IMG/VR virus record: IMGVR_UViG_3300030397_000412
Span: 1 to 26,563 of that record
Strand: one strand, 5' to 3'
Length of the DNA: 26,563 nt
DNA from: a virus
Lineage: Duplodnaviria; Caudoviricetes
Below the pieces are notes generated by a model that saw only the letters and a list, made by a program, of their open reading frames with translations, had not been told where the DNA came from and did not search any database. Positions within the stretch are counted from its first letter, which is position 1. Each line of letters starts with the position of its first letter. Both the position numbers and the translations under genes were made by a program. Below, piece by piece: positions 1-6,144 of the stretch.

Positions 1-213
1 AGTGCGCTTGAGCAGCTCAATCTTTGGGCGGTCAAGCTGTAGCTCATTAAGTTCAGTGACCTGCTGCTGTGGCTCTTTCTCTACCACCTGACGTACAACC
101 TCTACTGCTTCGACATGCTCCTCCTCAGGTTTCTTTTCGTCTTTCTTCACCTCAGGCTTTTCTTTTTTTTGAGCCTTTTTTGCAGGCTCCTTTTTTTCTT
201 TTGTTTTACCCAT
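1..213 (-). CDS. N-terminal part of a probable Bet/RecT-like ssDNA-annealing recombinase (runs off the left edge)
   Basis: Not in the ORF track. ATG at 213 gives MGKTKEKKEPAKKAQKK...ELQLDRPKIELLKRT, open to base 1. The end resembles the 'QIELIKRTVAKGAT' start of Bet-family proteins, and it lies near a Gp157/Gam-like gene. Confidence 0.55.
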   Translation of the reverse strand, partial: MGKTKEKKEPAKKAQKKEKPEVKKDEKKPEEEHVEAVEVVRQVVEKEPQQQVTELNELQLDRPKIELLKRT

Positions 214-216
214 ACT

Positions 217-447
217 CTATGATTCGCTTAAAATATCCTCGAACTCAACCTCATTGACATTTCTATGGTACTTTGGTGTTTCTCCCTTTTTCAGCACACC
301 GACAGTCATTTTTGAGTACCAGACATCAATGCGTGAGCCATCCCTTGTAAACCTCAATAGCTTTTGGCTTTCGTCTTCTGCGAACAATCCCCATCCAAGA
401 GCACCGGAAAGACCGATGACATCTTCTTTTTGCATCGTCATTTTCAT
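217..447 (-). CDS. small hypothetical phage protein
   Basis: Tightly packed between neighbours; ATG at 447 (or 435); GW...RIDVWYSKMTVG motif. Confidence 0.7.
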   Translation of the reverse strand: MKMTMQKEDVIGLSGALGWGLFAEDESQKLLRFTRDGSRIDVWYSKMTVGVLKKGETPKYHRNVNEVEFEDILSES

Positions 448-451
448 AGGA

Positions 452-1078
452 CTATCCAACAATAGACTCCTCCTCGTATATCTCTACGCCAGGGATTTTA
501 GTGCCACCAAGAGCAGCTCGACGCAGCACACTCTTGTTGCTCCAGTCAATGAAACCGAGTTTTGCGAGTGTCGCAAGGTCGTAGGGACTCAGTTCTTCCA
601 CAGGCTTGTATCGTAGGTTCTTTGTCACACGTGACTTGAGTCCTGCACGTGTTGCTTCGGTCTTTTTCTGTTCCAGTTGTTCGCTGGCTTTCTCAAAAGA
701 TAGTTTGCCCTCTTGTAGCTTTTTGGAGATGGTCTCCTCCTTTTTAGCGTTTCGAGCGTCTATCTTTTGTTTGTACTTGAGTACCGCACTTGCGAGAACT
801 TTCTCTGCGTCTTTGTACTGGTCTTCGATTGGCTTCCAGAAATCTCGTATTGCCGTTACCGTAGCGTTTGCCGGGTCGAGCTGTTTCTTTTTTTCCTGAG
901 TGATGAGCTTCCCGACTTTCTTGATGTTGGCAAGCATCTCGCTTGCTTCATCGTATTTTGCATCACTTTTGAGTCCTTTGGACATTGACTCTGCTGCTGA
1001 CACTGCTCCGGATACTTTCTCCCGAACGACAGCAACATCTTTAGTCTCCAAGTCCTTTGGTGTTACTTGTTGGTTCAT
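452..1078 (-). CDS. coiled-coil recombination-module protein (Gp157/Gam/DUF1351-like)
   Basis: 208 aa helical, K/E-rich, with LDP...IRDFWKP and a C-terminal KIPGVEIYEE motif typical of proteins encoded beside phage annealases. Confidence 0.65.
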   Translation of the reverse strand: MNQQVTPKDLETKDVAVVREKVSGAVSAAESMSKGLKSDAKYDEASEMLANIKKVGKLITQEKKKQLDPANATVTAIRDFWKPIEDQYKDAEKVLASAVLKYKQKIDARNAKKEETISKKLQEGKLSFEKASEQLEQKKTEATRAGLKSRVTKNLRYKPVEELSPYDLATLAKLGFIDWSNKSVLRRAALGGTKIPGVEIYEEESIVG

Positions 1079-1331
1079 ACTTGGCTTTTTGAATGTTTAA
1101 ATACTTGATAATGTTAGTACCTTTAATCTTGTAATCCCGGCCACGACCCTCGCCGGTTATCTTGGCTTTAAGAATCTTGCCAGCAATAAAATCATCCATC
1201 ACAGCGTTCACATACGAGATGTTGTTGCTCTGACTGATCCACGGAAAGAAGTTGCCTTTGCGCATTTCCGTGATGTTGTAGACTGCTTGCTCGTCTACTC
1301 GACTTATTGCTTTTTCGATCCTTTTAAGCAT
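1041..1331 (-). CDS. small basic putative DNA-binding regulator (MerR/excisionase-like wHTH?), leaderless
   Basis: MLKRIEKAIS...GKILKAKITGEGRGRDYKIKG. The ATG at 1331 sits 6 nt after a TATACT -10 box, so the longer ORF-track start (1463) runs through the promoter. Confidence 0.6.
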   Translation of the reverse strand: MLKRIEKAISRVDEQAVYNITEMRKGNFFPWISQSNNISYVNAVMDDFIAGKILKAKITGEGRGRDYKIKGTNIIKYLNIQKAKYEPTSNTKGLGD

Positions 1332-1337
1332 GGGTGT

Positions 1338-1366
1338 AGTATAGTCTCTTATTAAAAGAGATGCAA
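1338..1366 (-). promoter_or_regulatory. sigma70-type promoter with palindromic operator in the spacer
   Basis: TTGCAT-N17-TATACT; spacer contains CTCTTTTAATAAGAG (1346-1360); perfect DnaA box TTATCCACA at 1374-1382. Confidence 0.75.
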
Positions 1367-1396
1367 GAAGAAATGTGGATAATAAAAATAGACAAC

Positions 1397-1636
1397 CTAC
1401 CAAATATATGCCACAAGATTTTGCCTGCCAAAAATAAGAGCATCCTCTGTGTCGGCCATCCAAATATCAAAGTTTTCACAGCCGTAGCGACTATTCATGC
1501 GGTCTTGTACCTCATATTTCTTGCCATTGATTTCTACGGTCGTACCGAACTCAAGGCAGTTGTTGGCTACAATTCCATCCCTTACACGTTCTCCAGAAGC
1601 AGTGATGAACGGTGTGTCGTCATGGGTGGTGGGTCT
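1397..1636 (-). pseudogene. 3D-domain (MltA-like lytic transglycosylase) coding frame lacking a start codon
   Basis: Manual translation: RPTTHDDTPFITASGERVRDGIVANNCLEFGTTVEINGKKYEVQDRMNSRYGCENFDIWMADTEDALIFGRQNLVAYIW*. It shows the 3D-family motifs TASG, QDR, FDIW and FGRQ and is preceded by in-frame TAG-TCT-TGA. Confidence 0.75.
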
Positions 1637-1642
1637 TCAAGA

Positions 1643-1891
1643 CTATTCATGGCGACTTGGATCACCGATTGGCGCACGGCCAACTGGTGCATTAACCTCT
1701 ACCCCTACGTGGTCACATTGCTTTTTCTGCCACTCACTCAGGTAGAAGTTGGGGAAACTGTCTGCATAGTCTGCCCATTTTTTACACTCGTGTGTTGCGT
1801 TTCTTTGTACACCCCCACCTATCACGAGAATGAGAAAGAAGACCACAACACCAGAAGTGAATATGATTGCAACAATATCTTTTGTACGCAT
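1643..1891 (-). CDS. small membrane-anchored protein with two cysteines
   Basis: MRTKDIVAIIFTSGVVVFFLILVIGGG transmembrane helix, then ECKKW...WQKKQC; ATG at 1891. Confidence 0.65.
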   Translation of the reverse strand: MRTKDIVAIIFTSGVVVFFLILVIGGGVQRNATHECKKWADYADSFPNFYLSEWQKKQCDHVGVEVNAPVGRAPIGDPSRHE

Positions 1892-1919
1892 ACTTGGCTT
1901 TTTAATTATTGAATAAATT

Positions 1920-1983
1920 GGTGGGGAAGCGTGCGACATGAAATCGCTTTTGGGCGTTGCACCCTGGCATGAACCTCCCCACC
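1920..1983 (-). ncRNA. three-way-junction intergenic RNA structure
   Basis: Closing stem GGUGGGGAGG/CUUCCCCACC encloses hairpins GGGUG-CAA-CGCCC and GCGAU-UUCAU-GUCGC; AU-rich flanks. Confidence 0.45.
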
Positions 1984-1992
1984 GAAATAAAG

Positions 1993-2277
1993 TCAACTCC
2001 ACTCTTGTGGAGGAATCTCCTCACCGTGCATGACGCCGACTTCGTTCCACGCTTCTTGCGTTCCGACATCGGCTGTCCTGGCCCGGACACTTGAGACCTC
2101 ATCCATCTGTTCGAGCATGGAGAGAACCAGGTCTACTTTCCACAGCTCGACATGTCGGACTCTGACACTGATCTCGTAGCCATGTTGACTGTCACCCTCC
2201 CAGTCTTGACGCCACGAACGACTGACTTTTGGGGTGATCGGTGGGTTTGGGTACGGATCACACTTCGTCTTGGCCAT
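1993..2277 (-). CDS. hypothetical protein (possible ACT/ferredoxin-like half domain)
   Basis: MAKTKCDP... with SD GGAGGAG upstream; YEISVRVRHVELWKVDLVLSMLEQMDEVSSVRAR has a beta-alpha-beta pattern. Confidence 0.6.
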   Translation of the reverse strand: MAKTKCDPYPNPPITPKVSRSWRQDWEGDSQHGYEISVRVRHVELWKVDLVLSMLEQMDEVSSVRARTADVGTQEAWNEVGVMHGEEIPPQEWS

Positions 2278-2437
2278 CTTTCTCCTCCGTTTCTTCCGGT
2301 GCTTCTGTGATCTCGACAATCTTCTCGTACTCAGCAAGCCTAGCCTGGACACTCTGCCGTGCAGCTTCTTCGCTCCTTGCTGGTGTGCTGATGACGATGA
2401 GATACCGTTTGATGTGTGGGAAACCCCCTCGACTCAC
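2258..2437 (-). CDS. 59-aa hypothetical protein
   Basis: GTG at 2437 preceded by AGGAGG (2448-2443); MSRGGFPHIKRYLIVISTPARSEEAARQSVQARL...; acidic tail. Confidence 0.6.
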   Translation of the reverse strand: MSRGGFPHIKRYLIVISTPARSEEAARQSVQARLAEYEKIVEITEAPEETEEKDGQDEV

Positions 2438-2442
2438 GTTGA

Positions 2443-2690
2443 CCTCCTGTGTGTTGTTGGCAGGTGGGGAAAGGCATATCTCTGTCTTGAGATAAATCAA
2501 GGTTAATATCACCATCGCCTAGATATGCGTATATGGCATGGACATTCTCAATCCCCCATCTGCCAACAACGTGACTCCCTCGACCCTCAACCCATGAAAT
2601 GAGTTAAGGGCGGTTTTACACTATCGAGCTTGGCAGTACGATTGTGTCCTCATAGAATGAGGGTCAAAGGAATCACTATCAAAGAACTCT
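2443..2690 (-). ncRNA. ~250-nt highly structured, apparently bistable leader RNA / ncRNA
   Basis: Helix 1 pairs 2676-2658 with 2589-2571 (19 bp, 3 G-U, extendable). Abutting helix 2 pairs 2570-2552 with 2471-2453 (18 of 19 paired). An 8-bp pseudoknot pairs 2528-2521 with 2481-2474. It starts just after a promoter. Confidence 0.7.
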
Positions 2691-2696
2691 GTGGAC

Positions 2697-2726
2697 AGTA
2701 TAATCCTCTTATTAAAAGAGAGTCAA
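2697..2726 (-). promoter_or_regulatory. sigma70-type promoter with the same palindromic operator
   Basis: TTGACT-N18-TATACT; CTCTTTTAATAAGAG at 2706-2720; TGTCCACA boxes on both sides (2728-2736, 2690-2698); boxA-like GTTCTTTGA just downstream. Confidence 0.75.
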
Positions 2727-2737
2727 GTGTGGACAAC

Positions 2738-2765
2738 GACAAAACCACCCGTAGGTGGTCTTGTC
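2738..2765 (-). terminator. intrinsic terminator-like hairpin ending the late/lysis operon
   Basis: GACAAGACCACC-UACG-GGUGGUUUUGUC with a cUACGg tetraloop and U-tract, downstream of the CHAP gene. Confidence 0.65.
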
Positions 2766-2812
2766 AATGGGTACTCCCCTTTGAATCGGTAAGCCAAGTA
2801 ACCGAGACTACT

Positions 2813-3250
2813 CTATTGTACCACAAGGGGTTTCCAAAATCCCCTTATACTATGGTGGTTTTTGGGGATACGTCTTTTTGTCTCTTTGCAGTGCTGCCAG
2901 TTTCCCTCTGTGATCCAATATCCAATTTCATCTATTGACGTTACGACAGAAACATGTGCTACTTTTGAATCAATCAAGACAAGTACACCTACCTCTGGTT
3001 CAGCGTTTGGTGTCAGGTCTTTTGCATTTATACCGTAGGGTATTTTTATGCCTTTTGATCGAGCATATCTGATGCAAGAGCACTCGATAGGGCCGTGAAG
3101 CTCCTCCAGATAGGGGTCAGCTTCTGTGCCTTGAGGGTGTGGATTAATTACCACTTGCTCAGTTGTAACCATCATGGTCTGGTCAGCAAGACATTGGTTG
3201 ATGTCAGGCTGTAAAAACAAACCTATGAAAGCTGTGAGAATGTCAGGCAT
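2813..3250 (-). CDS. CHAP-like cysteine peptidase / peptidoglycan hydrolase
   Basis: CSCIRYAR (Cys), P-x-VG, AHVSVV (His), ITEGNW (Glu) and a terminal IRGF; located in the lysis module. Confidence 0.75.
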   Translation of the reverse strand: MPDILTAFIGLFLQPDINQCLADQTMMVTTEQVVINPHPQGTEADPYLEELHGPIECSCIRYARSKGIKIPYGINAKDLTPNAEPEVGVLVLIDSKVAHVSVVTSIDEIGYWITEGNWQHCKETKRRIPKNHHSIRGFWKPLVVQ

Positions 3251-3271
3251 GATACGCCTTTACAGACTTTG

Positions 3272-3538
3272 CTACTTCTTTGCGAAGAAGTAGACACCCG
3301 TTGAACCCAAGAACACGAGAAGTGCGTCAGCAAAACTCTGAATGTCCATAGGGTCAACTTCACCGCCTGAAAGCACTGAGCTTCCTACGACAGAGAGAAA
3401 AGAGAATAGAGCAACGACAAAGCGCAAAATAGGCTTTCGTGATCCATTACTCAAAATGTTGCTTGCTCCGATTTTCTTCACACCACTGGTGAGCAGTGCG
3501 ACAACGAAAGGAGAGAGCAATAAAAGTAACTGTTCCAT
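3272..3538 (-). CDS. putative holin
   Basis: 88 aa with three hydrophobic segments and a basic C-terminus, adjacent to the endolysin. Confidence 0.65.
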   Translation of the reverse strand: MEQLLLLLSPFVVALLTSGVKKIGASNILSNGSRKPILRFVVALFSFLSVVGSSVLSGGEVDPMDIQSFADALLVFLGSTGVYFFAKK

Positions 3539-3539
3539 A

Positions 3540-4217
3540 CTACGTTTGGTTAGTTTTAATTCTAATAATGGCCTGCAATAATTCTACTATCCTTTTAAGC
3601 AAAACTCTCACTCGTTCTTCCACATCCGGTACATACTCAGTAAGACCCCTCGCCTCTCGTATAGCGTCTATGATAGCCTTTGCTGCTTTTTGTTTACCAG
3701 ACGGCCACAGTATTTTGTTTCTGTCTATAGGGCTTGAAAGGAACGCAAGCTCAACAAGCACCGTCTTGCACTTTATTTGTCGGAGCCATCCCAGGGAACC
3801 TACATAGGTTTCTGAGTCATGTTTTGCTCCACGGTTTGCGATCCCCAGCTCCTCTGCCACATGTCGAGAAAAAATCTCTGCCAGCTTTGGGGGGTTATCT
3901 GCGTAGTAGGCTTCACATCCTGTCACAGATGTGTTCCTGTTTGAGTTCATGTGCAAGTCGATAGCAATGTCGCCAGGTTCAGCTCTTTCGTTCACCCAGT
4001 CAATAGATCGTCTCAGGTTGAGATTGTCGGGCACGTACAAATACTCAGGATGCTTTTGCCTGATGAAGTCCCGTACAGCCATGACGATCTCCCCCTCAGA
4101 ATGAAAGAAATCTTGGTCTGCATCCTCGTCATGTGGATCAGGCACTTGTGCTCCGGGGTCTTCTACTGCTTTTGTTACTGGATCATCCCAGTGTCCTGCG
4201 TTGATGAATATTCGCAT
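3540..4217 (-). CDS. endolysin, N-acetylmuramoyl-L-alanine amidase (Amidase_3)
   Basis: IFINAGH, SEGE, IDLHMN, TGCEAYY, NRGAK and VLVELAFLS Zn-binding/catalytic motifs. Confidence 0.9.
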   Translation of the reverse strand: MRIFINAGHWDDPVTKAVEDPGAQVPDPHDEDADQDFFHSEGEIVMAVRDFIRQKHPEYLYVPDNLNLRRSIDWVNERAEPGDIAIDLHMNSNRNTSVTGCEAYYADNPPKLAEIFSRHVAEELGIANRGAKHDSETYVGSLGWLRQIKCKTVLVELAFLSSPIDRNKILWPSGKQKAAKAIIDAIREARGLTEYVPDVEERVRVLLKRIVELLQAIIRIKTNQT

Positions 4218-4218
4218 A

Positions 4219-4476
4219 TTACTCGATTACTGCTTTTTCAATTCTCATTATAGACTCCTCGATGTTTCCCAAGCGCACTTCAATCTCTGAACGGGGTACA
4301 AAGTCATGTGATGTAGGTGATGTCTGGTGTGCATCCACTCGTGTGTTGAGGATAGACAAGTTGCTTACCACATAGGCTGAAACACCTATCATGGTGATGA
4401 CAAGGGCGACAGAAACAGTGGTCTGCTTGTTGATTGCTTTTACCGGGTCTGATGCTTGTGGTTTTTCGTTTGGCAT
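4219..4476 (-). CDS. single-TM protein with C-terminal coiled coil (lysis-associated?)
   Basis: TM segment VSVALVITMIGVSAYVVS; RLGNIEESIMRIEKAV. Confidence 0.6.
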   Translation of the reverse strand: MPNEKPQASDPVKAINKQTTVSVALVITMIGVSAYVVSNLSILNTRVDAHQTSPTSHDFVPRSEIEVRLGNIEESIMRIEKAVIE

Positions 4477-4477
4477 A

Positions 4478-6142
4478 CTATTGTCCTGCTGCTTCTACAA
4501 TTTTACCTCCTACGATACCTGCTCCCACCGATCCGACAGCGCCAAGAGCACCTATACCTATCTTCTTAGGCAGGCTCAGTCTTCCAACCTTTTCTGCTTC
4601 TCTCTGTGCAATACGTTCAAGGGCAGTGAGCAAGAGGTTTTCGTGTTTGAGCAGACCCTTAAAGTTTCGTACTTCTGCTGGGATTACTTCTCTCAGGAAT
4701 GGGTCGGCAGCAATAAGCTCATCAAACTGTCGGGCTACATCATCAGGAATGTTGTCTGCGATGAACTGGTTGACCTCACTACGCATCTTTCCGTAGATGT
4801 TCTTAGCTTGTGCATTTGTCTGGTTGATGGTTCCTGTTGATCTGTCGAAGAAGTTAGGGAATGTAGCGTCAATTTGCCTGTCCAACTCTTTACGAGCCTT
4901 GAATAGCTCAGCAAGGTTGTTTTTCTTTGCTGCTTTCGTGAAGTCGTTAAATACCTTGCTAAACGCAGTATCCACAGTCTTGTCAGTTGCAAACAGCAGA
5001 TCATTGTCCTTTTTGATCTTACTGAGCGCATTTTCAAGCTGCTTAGTGTTGAATATTACAGACTTGCCTTTCACTGGCCCGTCAATTGAACCAAGAGCAC
5101 GGTCAATGATGTTGTCGATAGGTGTAACGGTGCTTTGGATGGCATCAATGTTTTGCTGTGGGCTGTTTCGTTTGGAGATCACTGAGGATGCTGCCTTTGC
5201 AATTTCCTTGTCTCGTGCATCGGGTAGAATCTCAGGACGCTTTCTCAGGATACCTTTCTGCACTGAACCCTGTGATCCTTGTTTGATACGTGCCACGTTT
5301 CCACCTCTCTTGAGAATTGGCTTGGTGATTTCGAGTGCTTCTTCTTCAAGTGTTCCCTGTCGCAGTTTTCCTAAAATACCACTCGATTGTCCTGAACGCT
5401 TTGCAATACTCTTTACAGCCACATCACCCAGCTTTCCTAGAGCACCACCCGTTGCTGCACCCAGGATACCACCGGCTGTTGCGTCAATGAATGTTCCAAT
5501 GTCTACATCTCCAGTGTCTTTTATCTCTCCACCTGCTCCCTCGAGAAGTCCTGTTTTTCCACCGACACGTACACCGGACCGGAACGGGGTCTTGCCAGGT
5601 TTTGCGTTGATAATCCTGTTGAGTCCTGCACGTGCTTCACTACCACTGGAGAGTGAGTCGAGAACACGCTCGTCTATAGGTTTTCGTACTCCAGGACGTG
5701 CTGCTACTTTCTGTGCTGTTTTGGCTGCGGTTTTTGTTGCACCACGTTTTAGTGCTTGGTTTCCTACAGCACGAAGACCTCCACCACCGACACCGAGTGC
5801 TACTGTTTCAAGTACTCGTCCTGTATCACGTATGACATCTTTCTTGCCACTTACAGTGTCGATTTCTCCGAAAAATGGCAGGTTGAGTCTCTGGTCTTTT
5901 GGTGCTTTTCCTGATGCTGCCAGACCAAGTTGTACGGGACGTGCAGCAAGGGTAACTGCTGGTTTAAAGATGTCACGTACAAACTTTCCTACAGCTCCTT
6001 TTGGTTGGGTTCTCTCAGTAAAAGTAGGCTCAAGGCTGATGCCTTTATTTTTGAGCAATCTTCCTGCGTTGTTGTTTCCATTTCTGGCTCTTTCCCGCAA
6101 GATTTCTATTGCCTGTTCTCTTGTTAGATTTAGTGGTGGCAT
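4478..6142 (-). CDS. putative internal virion / DNA ejection protein
   Basis: 554 aa, basic, G/A-rich with GGILGAATGGALG and a C-terminal glycine-zipper segment; podovirus position after the tail genes. Confidence 0.55.
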   Translation of the reverse strand: MPPLNLTREQAIEILRERARNGNNNAGRLLKNKGISLEPTFTERTQPKGAVGKFVRDIFKPAVTLAARPVQLGLAASGKAPKDQRLNLPFFGEIDTVSGKKDVIRDTGRVLETVALGVGGGGLRAVGNQALKRGATKTAAKTAQKVAARPGVRKPIDERVLDSLSSGSEARAGLNRIINAKPGKTPFRSGVRVGGKTGLLEGAGGEIKDTGDVDIGTFIDATAGGILGAATGGALGKLGDVAVKSIAKRSGQSSGILGKLRQGTLEEEALEITKPILKRGGNVARIKQGSQGSVQKGILRKRPEILPDARDKEIAKAASSVISKRNSPQQNIDAIQSTVTPIDNIIDRALGSIDGPVKGKSVIFNTKQLENALSKIKKDNDLLFATDKTVDTAFSKVFNDFTKAAKKNNLAELFKARKELDRQIDATFPNFFDRSTGTINQTNAQAKNIYGKMRSEVNQFIADNIPDDVARQFDELIAADPFLREVIPAEVRNFKGLLKHENLLLTALERIAQREAEKVGRLSLPKKIGIGALGAVGSVGAGIVGGKIVEAAGQ

Positions 6143-6144
6143 AT

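Noticed and set aside
1637-1645. Stop-codon reassignment (TGA or TAG) to explain the 3D-domain frame
   Set aside because: It would require both TAG and TGA to be read through, yet both terminate normal genes here and long genes are intact under code 11.
1919-1980. tRNA or tmRNA gene (GGGGAGG...CUUCCCCACCA)
   Set aside because: Only ~62 nt, with no D-arm, no canonical T-loop adjacent to the acceptor stem and no G3:U70 pair; kept only as an unclassified structure.
2443-2690. Retron msr-msd, DGR template or hammerhead ribozyme
   Set aside because: No reverse transcriptase in the window, no TR/VR repeat pair noticed, and no CUGANGA/GAAA core.
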